NCBI GenBank assembly: GCA_050950825.1
Contig: JBMNIH010000004.1
Coordinates: forward strand, 96,001 to 160,000
Direction of reading: 5' to 3'
Origin: Clostridia bacterium
Lineage (GTDB): Bacteria; Bacillota; Clostridia; JAAYHZ01
Length of the DNA stretch: 64,000 bases
Both the position numbers and the translations under genes were made by a program. Within the stretch, counting starts at the first letter, position 1; the number at the start of each line of letters is the position of its first letter. Shown one piece after another: positions 18,688 through 29,823 of the stretch. The notes below the pieces were generated by a model. That model did no database searches. It was given only the letters and a program-made list of their open reading frames with translations, and was not told the DNA's origin.

Positions 18688-18856
18688 CTTTTCGCACTCG
18701 AACAAAAGGCTTTATCGTTTGTACGATTCATATTTTCTTTTTTCCCCGGCTCAAAGAAAGATCAATATTTGCTATAATGAAAGCAAAATTACGCTGGTAT
18801 CTACCGGTATATTAAGCTATACTCGGATATAGGAAGGATACAAGGAGGTGTATTCG

Positions 18857-19714
18857 GTGGCACAATTTATAATCTCCGCTTTTGCCGATGAAATTGCCCA
18901 AGATCTGCAAACACAGATGGATGTGCTGGAAGAATACGGCGTTCGATATATCGAAATGAGAGGGGTTAACGGAAAAGGCTTGGTAACCTACCCTCTTGAC
19001 GAGGTGCGGGAAATCAAAAAGCGGCTTGACAAAAGAGGCTTTAAGCTTTCGTCGGTGGGATCTCCCATAGGAAAAATCAACATTACCGATGATTTCGAAC
19101 CTCATATGGAGCTTTTCAAGCACACATTGCAAATTGCCGAAATCATGGGCGCCCCGTATATCCGTATGTTCAGCTTTTTTATCCCGAAGGGAGAAGACCC
19201 GGCCCGGTATCGGGATGAGGTCATGGAAAGATGGAACCGCTTCATTCAAGCCTCCGGGGACTACGATGTTCTTTTGCTTCATGAAAATGAAAAAGACATT
19301 TACGGGGATACCGCCGAAAGATGCTTGGATTTGATGAAGACATTGAACAGTCCGAAGGTAAAATCGGTATTTGACCCCGCCAACTTTATACAATGCGATG
19401 AGGAAACCTACCCGAAGGCTTACCGAATGCTGAAGGATTATGTGGTATACTTGCACATAAAAGACGCTCTTTACGAAGACCGTTCCGTTGTGCCTTCCGG
19501 ATACGGCGACGGAAAAGTGAAGGAAATCTTAACGGATTTATATAAGAACGGTTTTGAAGGCTTCTTGTCGTTGGAGCCTCATCTTCAGCGCTTTAAGGAT
19601 TACGGACGCTTAAGAATAGATTCGAAGGTATTGGACATGGAAGACGGAGGACTGAAACAATTTGCGATCGCAAAAATCGCTTTAGATACCATAATTCGAG
19701 AAATATGCGAGTAA
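18857..19714 (+). CDS. Sugar phosphate isomerase/epimerase (xylose isomerase-like TIM barrel)
   Basis: SAFADE, HENE, FDPANF, HIKD, SLEPHL; GTG 18857 after AAGGAGG. Confidence 0.9.
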   Translation: MAQFIISAFADEIAQDLQTQMDVLEEYGVRYIEMRGVNGKGLVTYPLDEVREIKKRLDKRGFKLSSVGSPIGKINITDDFEPHMELFKHTLQIAEIMGAPYIRMFSFFIPKGEDPARYRDEVMERWNRFIQASGDYDVLLLHENEKDIYGDTAERCLDLMKTLNSPKVKSVFDPANFIQCDEETYPKAYRMLKDYVVYLHIKDALYEDRSVVPSGYGDGKVKEILTDLYKNGFEGFLSLEPHLQRFKDYGRLRIDSKVLDMEDGGLKQFAIAKIALDTIIREICE

Positions 19715-19726
19715 GGAGGTTTCGTA

Positions 19727-20881
19727 ATGGATTGTGTTAGGATAGGCGTTATCGGAGTCGGCAATATGGGAACAAGCCATGCCAAAAACATTGCCTCCGG
19801 AAAAGTGGAAAACGCAAAACTCACGGCGGTATGCGATGCCAATCCCGCCAGGCTTGCTTGGTTCAAAGCAAACATGCCGGACGTAAAGGTATTTGAAAAC
19901 GAAGATCAATTGATGGATTCGAAGGAAGTGGATGCCGTCGTGGTTGCTACGGCGCATTTCCTGCATCCTCCCATCGCCATCAAGGCATTTGAAAAGGGCT
20001 TGCATGTATTGATTGAAAAACCTGCCGGCGTATACACCCTGCAAGTAAGAGAGATGAACAAAGCAGCCGAAGAAAGCGGAAAAGTTTTTGCCATCATGTA
20101 CAACCAAAGAACCAACCCGGTATACCGAAAAGCGCGGGAACTGATTAAAGAAGGCGAATTAGGCGAAATCAAACGCTCCATTTGGATAATCACTTCTTGG
20201 TACCGTCCCCAAAGCTATTTCGATTCCGGAGGATGGCGCGCCACGTGGGCGGGAGAAGGGGGAGGCGTTTTATTGAACCAAGACCCCCATCAGCTGGATT
20301 TATGGCAGTGGATTTGCGGAATGCCTAAAAGAGTAAGATCCTTTATGTATTTCGGAAAATATCACGACATTGAAGTGGAAGACGATGTTACCGGATATGT
20401 GGAATATGAAAACGGCGCTACCGGCCTTTTCGTAACGAGTACGGGTGAAGCTCCGGGAACCAACCGTTTGGAAATATCCGGGGACATGGGCAAGATCGTC
20501 ATAGAGGACAAGACCCTGACCTTCTGGAGAAACCGCGTCAATGAAAGACAGTTTAACCGCGAGTATCAAGGCGGATTCGGGCAGCCGGAGTGCTGGAAGT
20601 GTGAAATTCCCATTACCGAGACGGAAACGGGCCATGTAGGAATTTTGAACAACTTCGTCGAAGCCATATTGACCGGGAAAGAATTGATCGCTCCGGGAGT
20701 CGAAGGCATAAACGGGCTCTCCATTTCCAACGCCATGCATTTGTCCGCTTGGTTGGACGATTGGGTAGAAATACCCTTTGACGACAGCTTGTATTACGAA
20801 AAGCTGCAAGAAAAAATGCGTACATCCACCTTCAAAAAGAACGTGGTAGACCGGGTGCTGAACGTAGAAGGCACGCATTAA
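19727..20881 (+). CDS. Gfo/Idh/MocA-family oxidoreductase
   Basis: GVIGVGNMG, HVLIEKP, GGGVLLNQDPH. Confidence 0.95.
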   Translation: MDCVRIGVIGVGNMGTSHAKNIASGKVENAKLTAVCDANPARLAWFKANMPDVKVFENEDQLMDSKEVDAVVVATAHFLHPPIAIKAFEKGLHVLIEKPAGVYTLQVREMNKAAEESGKVFAIMYNQRTNPVYRKARELIKEGELGEIKRSIWIITSWYRPQSYFDSGGWRATWAGEGGGVLLNQDPHQLDLWQWICGMPKRVRSFMYFGKYHDIEVEDDVTGYVEYENGATGLFVTSTGEAPGTNRLEISGDMGKIVIEDKTLTFWRNRVNERQFNREYQGGFGQPECWKCEIPITETETGHVGILNNFVEAILTGKELIAPGVEGINGLSISNAMHLSAWLDDWVEIPFDDSLYYEKLQEKMRTSTFKKNVVDRVLNVEGTH

Positions 20882-20894
20882 TCCGTAAAAACAT

Positions 20895-20924
20895 AAAGCT
20901 CCTTACGAAAACAGGAGCTTTTTT
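20895..20924 (+). terminator. Intrinsic terminator
   Basis: AAAGCTCCT/AGGAGCTTT followed by a T-run. Confidence 0.75.
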
Positions 20925-21512
20925 GTTGCCGAATGCATAAAAGGCCTGTAAGATTGATAATAATTTTAAAAATAGCGAAGGAGTAAGGTTTCTCGTGAAA
21001 AAGCGGAAAATCGTATTCACCGTGCTGTTGGCGTTAGGGGTTGTGTTTTCGCTTTTGGCCGAGCATTTTTCCGACTTTGTTGAAACCTATTACTCGGCCG
21101 GGTTCTATTACGGAGTCATTCGACCCTACGGCATCCTTATCGGTTATCTGCCCTTTTCTCTTGCCGAGGTTACGGTTGTCCTGTCGGCCTTTTACGGAGC
21201 TTATCTTTTCATAAAAGGGATGATACGGTTCATACAAAGCCCGGCGGCATTTTTAAAGCTTTTGCCGAAAAGAATGCTCCGTATGTTGTATCTTTTCCTT
21301 GCTCTTTTTTTGACGTTTCAATTGATGTGGGGCTTACACTACAGCCGAAAAACCTTTTCGGAAATTGCAGGCTTTACCTTGGAGGATTTTTGCGAAACGG
21401 AGTTAGCGGAACTGGCAAGGCATTTGGTTGCTTTAGCCAATGAGATCAGGGAAACGGTCTTAGAGGACGACCAAGGCGTCATGATGCTTTCTTATGAAAT
21501 AAGCGAAATGTT

Positions 21513-23469
21513 GATTCTACTGCAAAAACTCAAGTAAATCTATACAATTAATGTACCTAGAAAATTTCATAAAGGGCTCTTAAAAAGCCTCGAAACACTT
21601 GAAAACACTAGACTTGAGACAGGTTTTATGGTAAAATAGATATGTTTCATTAATCCATATTTTGAATTTTCCGGAGATATATTTTATGTTCAGAGCAAAC
21701 GATTCACATAAACAACAACCGATTTTCTCAAGTCTCGATTGGATGCATGAAAAAGCACGCGAAAGATTTAAAAAATCTTGGGCACCTGTATTCTATGAAC
21801 ATGTATTTTGCCATATCAACGAAGAACCTTTTGCGAAATTGTACAGCAAGACAGGCAGACCGAATACACCTGTGAATATATTGCTGTCTTTGGAATATAT
21901 CAAGTATATGAAAGATCTGAATGATCAAGATCTTTTGGATTCCCTATATCTTGATTATCAAACGACTTATGCCGTCGGAGGGAAAACGCTTGGCGAGATT
22001 TACATGTCGGAAAGAACGCTGTATTACTTTCGGGAAAGAGTATATGAATATTTGACGGAGCATCCCGAGGACGAAAACCTCTTATTCGGTCAATTCATAG
22101 AGTTACTGAGGAATTTTGCGAAACTGACAGGAACCTCGCTCGACGAACAAAGAACCGATACGACCATGTTCGTAAGCAACATCAAGAAAGCGGGTCGATT
22201 GGCATTGGCTTACGACGTATTGGAGAAAGGGGTAAAAGCCATTCCGAAAGAACAAAGACCCGAATCAATGGGGAAGGTTCTTGAAAAGGATTTCAAAACC
22301 GAAATGCTGCATAAGGTAAGAACCGTCGATACGGAAAGCAGGCTTACGACGCTTTTGTCTATGAGCGCGGAAGCTCTCAAGATATTGAAGGAACTGCCCG
22401 ACAAGAAAGAATCGGACGAAGTTCGCATACCGGAACGGTTCATCAAAGAACAGTCGGAGACCGATAAAAACGGTAACCTTGTACCGAAGAAGAGCAAAGA
22501 AATCTCGTCCGATTCGCTTCAATCCGCCTATGACGAGGACGCCACCTATCGAAAGAAAGGCAATAAAGGGCAAAGCGGCTATGTACTTGAGGTATCGGAA
22601 ACCTGCTCGAAAGACAACAAAGTTCAATTGATTACCGATTACGCCGTTAAGCCCAACATTGTAAGCGACAAAGAAATATTAAGCGGGCGAATCCGAAAGG
22701 TCAAAGAAAACACCGGATGTACCGACATGTACATAGACGGAGGTTTTCACTCGGAAGATGTTTACAAAGCCGCGGAAGCCAATGATGTCCAAATTCATTT
22801 GACGGACATGTGCGGACGGAAGCCGTCGGACAAGATCTCGGTGAGTGAGTTTGAAATAAAAGAAGAAACGGGATTGATTGAAAAATGCCCTGCGGGTCAT
22901 ATGCCTTTCCGATCGGTTAGAGCGAAAGGACAATTGGTGGCATACTTCGAAACAGATGTTTGTCTGCAATGCGAGCATTTTAACAGATGCTACAGCAAGC
23001 AACAGAACAAAAACTGTGTGGTGAGAATCAGTGAAAAAGCAATGGAAACCGCAAGGAAACGAGAAGAAATAGCCACTTGCAGGAAGGAAAACGTTAGTAA
23101 GAGAGCGGGAATCGAAGGAACCGTTTCGGCGTTGAAACGCACAGGACTGAATAATATGAAGGTACGCGGTTTGATTAAATCAACCGTTGTATGCGGATTC
23201 TTATCAATGGCGCAGAACATAAAACGAGTTATCAAATTTTTGCAAGGCGGATATGCAAAAGTAACAACTTGACAAACAAAAGGGATTATTGTGCCTTTTA
23301 TTAGGCAAAAGGTAAAAAACACATGAAAACTACCTCGATTTGATATCGAATCGAGGTAGCTGATACCCAAATTCGGGACGTTTATCGCAATTGAATACCA
23401 TAAATTGGATTTTATTATGTCATTAGTGTAATTTTACGAGTGTAAGAATGAGCTTTTTGCAGTAGAATC
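21513..23469 (+). mobile_element. Complete insertion sequence (IS1182-like DDE element), 1,957 bp
   Basis: Perfect 16-bp TIRs GATTCTACTGCAAAAA (21513-21528)/TTTTTGCAGTAGAATC (23454-23469); 6-bp TSD AATGTT at 21507-21512 and 23470-23475; family assignment less certain than the boundaries. Confidence 0.92.
21686..23272 (+). CDS. DDE transposase
   Basis: GRPN, RTDTT, SAYDEDA, YIDGG, Cys cluster CPAG..CLQC..C, RAGIEGTVSALKR; SD GGAG before ATG 21686. Confidence 0.92.
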   Translation: MFRANDSHKQQPIFSSLDWMHEKARERFKKSWAPVFYEHVFCHINEEPFAKLYSKTGRPNTPVNILLSLEYIKYMKDLNDQDLLDSLYLDYQTTYAVGGKTLGEIYMSERTLYYFRERVYEYLTEHPEDENLLFGQFIELLRNFAKLTGTSLDEQRTDTTMFVSNIKKAGRLALAYDVLEKGVKAIPKEQRPESMGKVLEKDFKTEMLHKVRTVDTESRLTTLLSMSAEALKILKELPDKKESDEVRIPERFIKEQSETDKNGNLVPKKSKEISSDSLQSAYDEDATYRKKGNKGQSGYVLEVSETCSKDNKVQLITDYAVKPNIVSDKEILSGRIRKVKENTGCTDMYIDGGFHSEDVYKAAEANDVQIHLTDMCGRKPSDKISVSEFEIKEETGLIEKCPAGHMPFRSVRAKGQLVAYFETDVCLQCEHFNRCYSKQQNKNCVVRISEKAMETARKREEIATCRKENVSKRAGIEGTVSALKRTGLNNMKVRGLIKSTVVCGFLSMAQNIKRVIKFLQGGYAKVTT

Positions 23470-24095
23470 AATGTTTAAAAGGGCATCCTTAGGGTACGAA
23501 GAAGCGGGAGTACGGTATCCCGAACTGAAAGGCAACTACGGCATTCCGAAGGGCGTCTTCCTGTCTCGGTATTGGTCCTATACGGGGATAGCCGGTATGT
23601 ATTTTCCTTTTACGGCGGAGGCGAATATCAACACGAACCTGCCTCATTTTATGCTGCCGTCCGTGACCGCCCACGAGATGGCACACCAAAGAGGCTTTGC
23701 CCGGGAGGACGAAGCCAATTACATCGCCTATTTAACGGGAAGGCTTCATCCGGATCCGGATTTTCAATACTCCGGGGTTATGCTGGCGCTGCGGTATACC
23801 ATGAGTACCTTAAGGAAGGTTCGAGAGGATCTTTACATGGAGGTTCTTTCCGAATACGGAGAAGGAATTCTTCGCGATTTTTTGGCTTGGCAGGATTACA
23901 AAGAAAAATACGAGGGCTTGATTAATGATCTGACAAGTGATATAAACGATTTGTATTTGAAAGCCAACAACCAAGAAGAGGGGATCGAAAGCTACGGACG
24001 AATGGTGGCGCTGCTTCTTGCGGATTATCGCGCCGCAAATGAAGCCGGTGCCCGATAATGACCGATCCGATTTTTTATACATAAAGGAGTGACCC

Positions 24096-24437
24096 ATGAA
24101 ATTTGTAACACAAAAAGTACCGTATTTTTTGGCCGTCATCGCGGCATACTATTTGCTTCCTTTGTTCGGGAAGGATACCGGAAGCTTTATGCTGATTCTG
24201 CTCGTTTTAATGCCTATCGTATGCTTCGCATCCGCTTTTTGGTACGGGATAAAACGGGGCTTGGCCTTGACCTTTCCGTTGATAATCGCAATATTGTTTG
24301 TCCCTTCCGTATTTTTATTCTACAACTATACGGCTTGGGTTTACGCCGTCGTATACGGCATCATCGGTCTTATAGGGAATTTAGCGGGAGGTCTTTTATT
24401 TAAAAATAAGCAAGGGGAGTCAGGATTGAAAAAATGA
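24096..24437 (+). CDS. Small hypothetical membrane protein
   Basis: Four hydrophobic segments; SD AAGGAG; overlaps the next start (ATGA). Confidence 0.75.
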   Translation: MKFVTQKVPYFLAVIAAYYLLPLFGKDTGSFMLILLVLMPIVCFASAFWYGIKRGLALTFPLIIAILFVPSVFLFYNYTAWVYAVVYGIIGLIGNLAGGLLFKNKQGESGLKK

Positions 24438-24925
24438 ACGTAAGGGTAAGAGAATACCGAGAAGAAGACATACCTTCCATGATACGCATTTGGAATGAAG
24501 TGGTGGAGGAAGGAAACGCCTTTCCTCAGGAGGAATGCTTGACGGAAGAGACGGGGAAAATATTTTTTGGAGAGCAAACCTACTGCGGAGTAGCGGAAAA
24601 TGCTTTAAACGGAGAACTGCTCGGCTTATACATTCTGCATCCGAATAACGTGGGAAGGTGCGGACATATCAGTAATGCAAGCTACGCCGTCCGATCGGAA
24701 TACCGAGGAAGGGGAATCGGTAAAAAATTGGTGACAGACTGTATGGCCAATGCCAAAAGGTGCGGATTTACCGTTTTGCAGTTTAATGCGGTGGTAGCTA
24801 CCAATACCGCGGCAAGACGTTTGTACGAAAACTTAGGCTTTAAGCAGTTAGGTACGATACCCGGCGGTTTTCGAATGAAGGACGGGCGCTACGAAGATAT
24901 CTGCCCTTATTACATCCTTCTTTGA
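24434..24925 (+). CDS. GNAT family N-acetyltransferase
   Basis: HISNASYAV..YRGRGIG, QFNAVVATN, LYENLGF. Confidence 0.92.
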   Translation: MNVRVREYREEDIPSMIRIWNEVVEEGNAFPQEECLTEETGKIFFGEQTYCGVAENALNGELLGLYILHPNNVGRCGHISNASYAVRSEYRGRGIGKKLVTDCMANAKRCGFTVLQFNAVVATNTAARRLYENLGFKQLGTIPGGFRMKDGRYEDICPYYILL

Positions 24926-25020
24926 AACAAATAAAGATTTGGAAAAAGTAAAAATTTTGACATACGGCACTTTACTTTTTTCATCCTATCCATTAGAATA
25001 GAGTTCAATGTAAATAAAAA

Positions 25021-25290
25021 AGGCTATGAAGGGAAGAAGTAAGTTCGGATCAGCCTTTACAGAGAGCAGCCGGCAGGTGAAAGGCTGCAAGGAAGCCGAA
25101 CCGAATACATCCCGGAGCCGCAGCCTGAAAGCTTTTTTATTAAAGCAAGTAGGGTGTGACGGGTTCGCCCGATACAGCGTATGAGTGTGTTTGCACTCGG
25201 TGAGGAAAATCTCGCGAGGGATTTTCGAAGATGAGGTGGTACCGCATATTCTGCCCTCTGTTCTACATACGGGAACAGAGGGTTTTATTA
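25021..25290 (+). promoter_or_regulatory. T-box riboswitch (Tyr specifier UAC)
   Basis: AGAGA box 25061, GGTGAA 25076, specifier loop GAA-TAC-A (TAC 25106-25108), T-box GAGGTGGTACCGC 25233-25245, terminator CCCTCTGTTC/GAACAGAGGG+T4; promoter TTTACT-N17-TAGAAT 24971-24999. Confidence 0.93.
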
Positions 25291-25327
25291 ATTTATACGA
25301 TCATTTGAAAAAGGAGTTGAACGGAAC

Positions 25328-26551
25328 ATGAAAATTTACGAAGAACTTATGGCTCGCGGTTTGATCGCCCAAGTTACGGATGAAGAAGAAATCCGAGAGC
25401 TTATCAATAACGGTAAAGCAACATTCTATATAGGGTTTGACCCGACGGCGGATTCGCTGCACGTAGGTCACTTTATGGCGCTGTCTTTGATGAAGCGGTT
25501 GCAGCTTGCCGGGAACAGGCCGGTGGTCCTTTTAGGCGGGGGTACCGGGTTTATCGGGGATCCCTCCGGGAGAACCGATATGCGTACCATGATGACCGCG
25601 GAAACCATCCGGCACAATATTGAATGCTTCAAAAAGCAAATGGAAAGATTTATCGAGTTCGGCGAAGGCAAAGCCATTATGGTAAACAATGCGGATTGGC
25701 TTTTGAAGCTGAACTATATCGAAATGCTGCGGGAAGTGGGCATCCATTTTTCGGTTAACAACATGCTTCGTGCGGAATGCTACAAGCAGCGCTTGGAAAG
25801 AGGACTTTCCTTCCTGGAACTGAACTACATGATCATGCAGTCCTTCGATTTCTACTACCTGTTTAAAAACTACGGATGCAATATGCAGTTCGGAGGGGAC
25901 GACCAGTGGTCCAACATGTTAGGCGGCAAAGAACTGATTCGCAGAAAACTGGGCAAAGACGCTTACGCCATGACCATTCCCCTTTTGTTAAATTCCGAAG
26001 GCCAGAAAATGGGGAAAACCGCAAAAGGAGCCGTTTGGTTGGATCCTAACAAAACCTCTCCCTTCGAGTTTTATCAATACTGGCGTAACGTGGACGATGC
26101 CGACGTAATCAAATGCTTGCGCATGCTGACATTCCTGCCCTTGGAGGAAATCAACGAAATGGAAAAATGGGAAGGAAGCCAAATCAATCGAGCCAAGGAG
26201 ATCTTGGCCTTCGAGCTGACGAAGCTGGTACACGGGGAAGAAGAAGCGAATAAAGCGGACCAAGCCGCTCGTGCGCTTTTTGTTGCCGGTACGGAGGACT
26301 CCAATATGCCTTCGACGGAAATCACGGCGGACCTTTTACAAGATGATGCCATCAACGTTTTGGATTTGTTGCTTGCCTGCGGCTTAACGCCCTCAAAAAG
26401 CGAAGCAAGGCGCCTTGTTCAGCAGGGAGGCTTGCAAATCGACGATGTAAAAATCGAATCCATCGACCATACGGTTACCGCCGAAGAGTTGAAGACAGGC
26501 GTAAAAATTAAAAAGGGAAAGAAAACCTTCCACAAAGCGTATATGAATTGA
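25328..26551 (+). CDS. tyrS: Tyrosine--tRNA ligase
   Basis: [27 protein letters not shown]-terminal S4 domain. Confidence 0.98.
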   Translation: MKIYEELMARGLIAQVTDEEEIRELINNGKATFYIGFDPTADSLHVGHFMALSLMKRLQLAGNRPVVLLGGGTGFIGDPSGRTDMRTMMTAETIRHNIECFKKQMERFIEFGEGKAIMVNNADWLLKLNYIEMLREVGIHFSVNNMLRAECYKQRLERGLSFLELNYMIMQSFDFYYLFKNYGCNMQFGGDDQWSNMLGGKELIRRKLGKDAYAMTIPLLLNSEGQKMGKTAKGAVWLDPNKTSPFEFYQYWRNVDDADVIKCLRMLTFLPLEEINEMEKWEGSQINRAKEILAFELTKLVHGEEEANKADQAARALFVAGTEDSNMPSTEITADLLQDDAINVLDLLLACGLTPSKSEARRLVQQGGLQIDDVKIESIDHTVTAEELKTGVKIKKGKKTFHKAYMN

Positions 26552-26576
26552 CGAAATGCACCGGTTTATCAATAGG

Positions 26577-26618
26577 AAAAAGGGCTGCAAAATGAATTCT
26601 TCTGCAGCCCTCTTTTTT
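26577..26618. terminator. Bidirectional terminator
   Basis: AGGGCTGCA/TGCAGCCCT flanked by A- and T-runs. Confidence 0.8.
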
Positions 26619-26632
26619 ATGCCAAATCCTTC

Positions 26633-29071
26633 TTATATTTCGATTACTTCTCCGCCCGCCTTGACGGTAATTCCTTCAAGATTTCCGTAAAGGGTTTTCA
26701 CGTTGTACTCCGGTTTGCCGGTTTGCGGGTTCCGTTTTTGCTCGAATATTCCCCAGGCTTTGCCGCAGCTGAAGAAGCACCGGAAATCCTCTTTGTTGAT
26801 AACCGGGTTGAATTCGATAACTCCTTCAACCAAGTCAAACTTGTATCCGCACAACGCGATCAACAAACCCCAGCTTGACATGGATCGGACGTAATGGTGT
26901 CCGCATTCCACTTCATTCCAAGGATTTCTTTTGAATCCGTCGTGGCGGTCCCGAACGGCTTTGACGATCTCCAAGCCTTCGTTTATAAATCCTTCGAAAA
27001 TCAAATGAGCCGCCACCTGGTACTCGAAGCCGGTCCAAACCTCGTCGCAATAGACAAAGGGGAATTTGGGCCTTCCGCCTTTGGGCCAAGTGCAAAGAAC
27101 CAAGCCTTGTTCGTCGTTGAGGGCATAGGTCCTTTGTACGTTGTGGTGGTCGGAAAGGTCTTTAAAGAAGTTGTATTTGTATATGGAATGGACGGCTTTT
27201 TTTACATGCTCTTCGGGAAGGATATAGCCCAATCCGACGATATGGGAGTTCAATTGTCCTAGAAGCTGATCGGACAAGCAGCCTTTCCCGTACTGGTATT
27301 TGTACCGATTCACATCGTCAATGACCTGGATGTAGTATTCTCCGTTCCATAAAAGAGCGTCCATTTTTTTAGAGCCTTCTTGAAGGGCTTTTTCGAATTT
27401 TTGCTTGCTTTCGAAATCTCCCATGGCTTCCGCCATTTTTGCACCGGCCTTTAGCGCTCCGTAGAACATGGAATTCGTGAGGCTGTTGGGACCGTAAAAT
27501 TCAATATCGTAGGTATTGTGCTGTTGGCTGTCCAAGACGAAATCGCCGTCCTTGTCCCAGTAGGTAAATGCAAAATCCAAAGCTTTTTTCGCGTTGTCCC
27601 ATACGGATTCCAAAAGCTTTCGGTCTCCGCTGAATTTCCAATCCCGATACAGCCGTATAATGCAGCCTAGCTGGCCGTCTGCGGCAGGGTGGTAACGGTG
27701 GGCGCTGCCGAAAAGCTTCATGGTTCGAAAAGCCATTTTGCCGTCTTCTTCCGTCTCCACGTTAAATTCCGTTCTTCGCATATCCTTTTCCAAGTCCGGG
27801 TACAAAAAGGCCAAGGTCTGGGCATAGTTCCATACGTGGGTGCAGTTGCCTTCGCAGCAGCCGGATTGGTCGAAGCAGCCTTCGTAGCCGAAAAACTTCC
27901 CGTTTTTTAATCGGAAGCAAGTGGTACTGCGAAGAACGGTCATGTTGCTTGCAATGGCGTCAACGACAAAGGGAGGAAGAGAGCTTTCGAACAAAGCCTT
28001 GTGAAAATCCGAAGTGGCTTTATACAAACGGTCGAAGTTTTCAATCATGTACTCCGCTACATGCCAGGAGCTTTTGAAAAGATTGGCATAGTAGTTTTGG
28101 GTAATTTTGCATTCGCATCGGGGACCGCAGCATTCTTGGCTCCAGCCTTCCATGCGGTTGGGAAAATACCAAGTGAGGAGAAACAAAAAATCCTTGCTTT
28201 CTCCCCCTTCCAATGTGTCGGATACGGCCATGCTCCCGATTTTCGCTAACCTGTTGTTTTCTTCATAAACGACGGGGTTATCCTCCAGCCTTCCGTCCTC
28301 GGTAAAATCGTCCCACATGTCGTGGATGCCGTCCCACCAGTCCTTATGCATCCAGTGGGTTTTGTATGTTACCTTTGGAGCGGTGGTAACAACGGACAAA
28401 TTCCCGTATTTCAAATCCTTTTCCGAAAGCTTGGTATTGGTTAAAAAAAGTCCGGAAAAGCCTTTCCCTCGGCGAAATTCGTTGATATTTCCTTCGGGGA
28501 AGCTCCTTGTCAGGTTTTCAAACCGATCGTACCCTGTAAAACCGACGGGATTCAGCATGGAAGCGGCAATGGACAATTCCGCCTTCTTGTCCGTTTTGTT
28601 TTTTACGCGATACCGAAGTACGGCACAAGGAATGCTCGAGTCGTCGGTATTCAAAGGAATCATGGGGGTAAAGGCTTCCAAAGTGACTTCCACCGGCATT
28701 CTTCGATCCTTCAACGAGATTTCGGCAAAAGGGTATTCTCCTTTGAGCTCGGATTCTTCGAATCGGGGCAGTCCCGCCGTTGTTCCGGAATGAAAGCCGT
28801 GGGATTTGGAAAAGGGAGGGTTGAGCTTGGATTCAAGGACCTTGCAGATAGGGGGTTGTCCTTCCTCTTGGACCCTTATGGCAAAGAAGGAATAATGCAA
28901 AGAAACCCCTTTTCCGGGGACGTTAAATATTTCCCAGTCGCGAAGCTCGCCTCGGGCGCCGACGGATACATTTCCGGTTCCGATGCCCCCCAGCAAAAAG
29001 GCGGCTTCCGTGGCCGTACCGGGAAAGACTCTTTGCTTACCCGGTTTGTGAAGATCATTGGTAATGCTCAT
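26633..29071 (-). CDS. GH116 beta-glucosidase (non-lysosomal glucosylceramidase family)
   Basis: LGGIGTG..DWEIFN, FFGYEG, CTHVWNY, HNTYD, EVWTG, ECGHHY; no signal peptide. Confidence 0.92.
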   Translation of the reverse strand: MSITNDLHKPGKQRVFPGTATEAAFLLGGIGTGNVSVGARGELRDWEIFNVPGKGVSLHYSFFAIRVQEEGQPPICKVLESKLNPPFSKSHGFHSGTTAGLPRFEESELKGEYPFAEISLKDRRMPVEVTLEAFTPMIPLNTDDSSIPCAVLRYRVKNKTDKKAELSIAASMLNPVGFTGYDRFENLTRSFPEGNINEFRRGKGFSGLFLTNTKLSEKDLKYGNLSVVTTAPKVTYKTHWMHKDWWDGIHDMWDDFTEDGRLEDNPVVYEENNRLAKIGSMAVSDTLEGGESKDFLFLLTWYFPNRMEGWSQECCGPRCECKITQNYYANLFKSSWHVAEYMIENFDRLYKATSDFHKALFESSLPPFVVDAIASNMTVLRSTTCFRLKNGKFFGYEGCFDQSGCCEGNCTHVWNYAQTLAFLYPDLEKDMRRTEFNVETEEDGKMAFRTMKLFGSAHRYHPAADGQLGCIIRLYRDWKFSGDRKLLESVWDNAKKALDFAFTYWDKDGDFVLDSQQHNTYDIEFYGPNSLTNSMFYGALKAGAKMAEAMGDFESKQKFEKALQEGSKKMDALLWNGEYYIQVIDDVNRYKYQYGKGCLSDQLLGQLNSHIVGLGYILPEEHVKKAVHSIYKYNFFKDLSDHHNVQRTYALNDEQGLVLCTWPKGGRPKFPFVYCDEVWTGFEYQVAAHLIFEGFINEGLEIVKAVRDRHDGFKRNPWNEVECGHHYVRSMSSWGLLIALCGYKFDLVEGVIEFNPVINKEDFRCFFSCGKAWGIFEQKRNPQTGKPEYNVKTLYGNLEGITVKAGGEVIEI

Positions 29072-29232
29072 TTTTCGACACCTCAAAAATCTTTGTCTAA
29101 ATCAGTTATATCATATGGAAAAAACGGATGCAAGGAACGGCTTCTTTATATACAGGCTCTTAGAAGAGCTTCGTGTTGAACCTTCCGTAGATTTGTAATA
29201 GTATGGATATAGAATATATAGAAGGAGTGTTT

Positions 29233-29748
29233 ATGAACCGCATATTGAAGATCGCCCTCGATTTTATTCTGCTCATCGTCGCCTATTTTCGTTTTTGTTA
29301 TAAGCCTTGGAGAGCAAACGGTAGGAAAACTCTTGTTGTCAATACGCTGATGTACGTCTACCTTTCTTTGGTGCTTTTTGTTACGTTAATGCCTGTCGTC
29401 GCATCGTTGCCGGGTATTTTCAATCACCCTTACAAGCCCATGCAGATGATTCCCTTTGACGACCTGATTCATAAAAGAGGGGACGCTTTACGACAAATCC
29501 TGCTAAATACGGTCATGACGATTCCTTTCGGATTTTTACTGCCCTTGGTGAAAAAGCAAAGCATTTTTACGTGCATTCTTTGGACCTTTCTATTCAGCTT
29601 GGCCATTGAGCTTCTCCAGCCTCTGTTAAACGGCCTTCGCTCGGCGGACGTCACCGACTTGATCACCAATACCGCAGGAGGCATCATCGGATATGCGGGC
29701 TATTTATTATTAAAACCTTATTATCTAAAAATCGAAAAGAAATTTTAA
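29233..29748 (+). CDS. VanZ-like family membrane protein
   Basis: LNTVMTIPFG, SLAIELLQ, RSADVTDLITNTAG. Confidence 0.9.
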   Translation: MNRILKIALDFILLIVAYFRFCYKPWRANGRKTLVVNTLMYVYLSLVLFVTLMPVVASLPGIFNHPYKPMQMIPFDDLIHKRGDALRQILLNTVMTIPFGFLLPLVKKQSIFTCILWTFLFSLAIELLQPLLNGLRSADVTDLITNTAGGIIGYAGYLLLKPYYLKIEKKF

Positions 29749-29823
29749 AATCCGTGTCCGAAAACACGGTTTTTATACGCTTCCTATATATACCGAAAAC
29801 AAAGAATCAAAGGAGATGCGGGG

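Larger units (their letters stand above)
20995..24058 (+). pseudogene. DUF3810-like membrane HExxH metallopeptidase gene interrupted by an IS (pieces 20995-21512 and 23470-24058)
   Basis: Removing 21513-23475 restores ..SEM-FKRASLGY.. in frame (366 aa); PFSLAE and WGLHYSR in 5' part; PFTAEAN, HEMAHQRG, EDEAN in 3' part. Confidence 0.88.

Noticed and set aside
23269-23300. Outward-facing IS promoter from TTGACA at 23269
   Set aside because: No -10 hexamer at 16-18 bp spacing
29233-29748. Glycopeptide resistance cluster
   Set aside because: Only a VanZ-like protein; no vanHAX or vanRS
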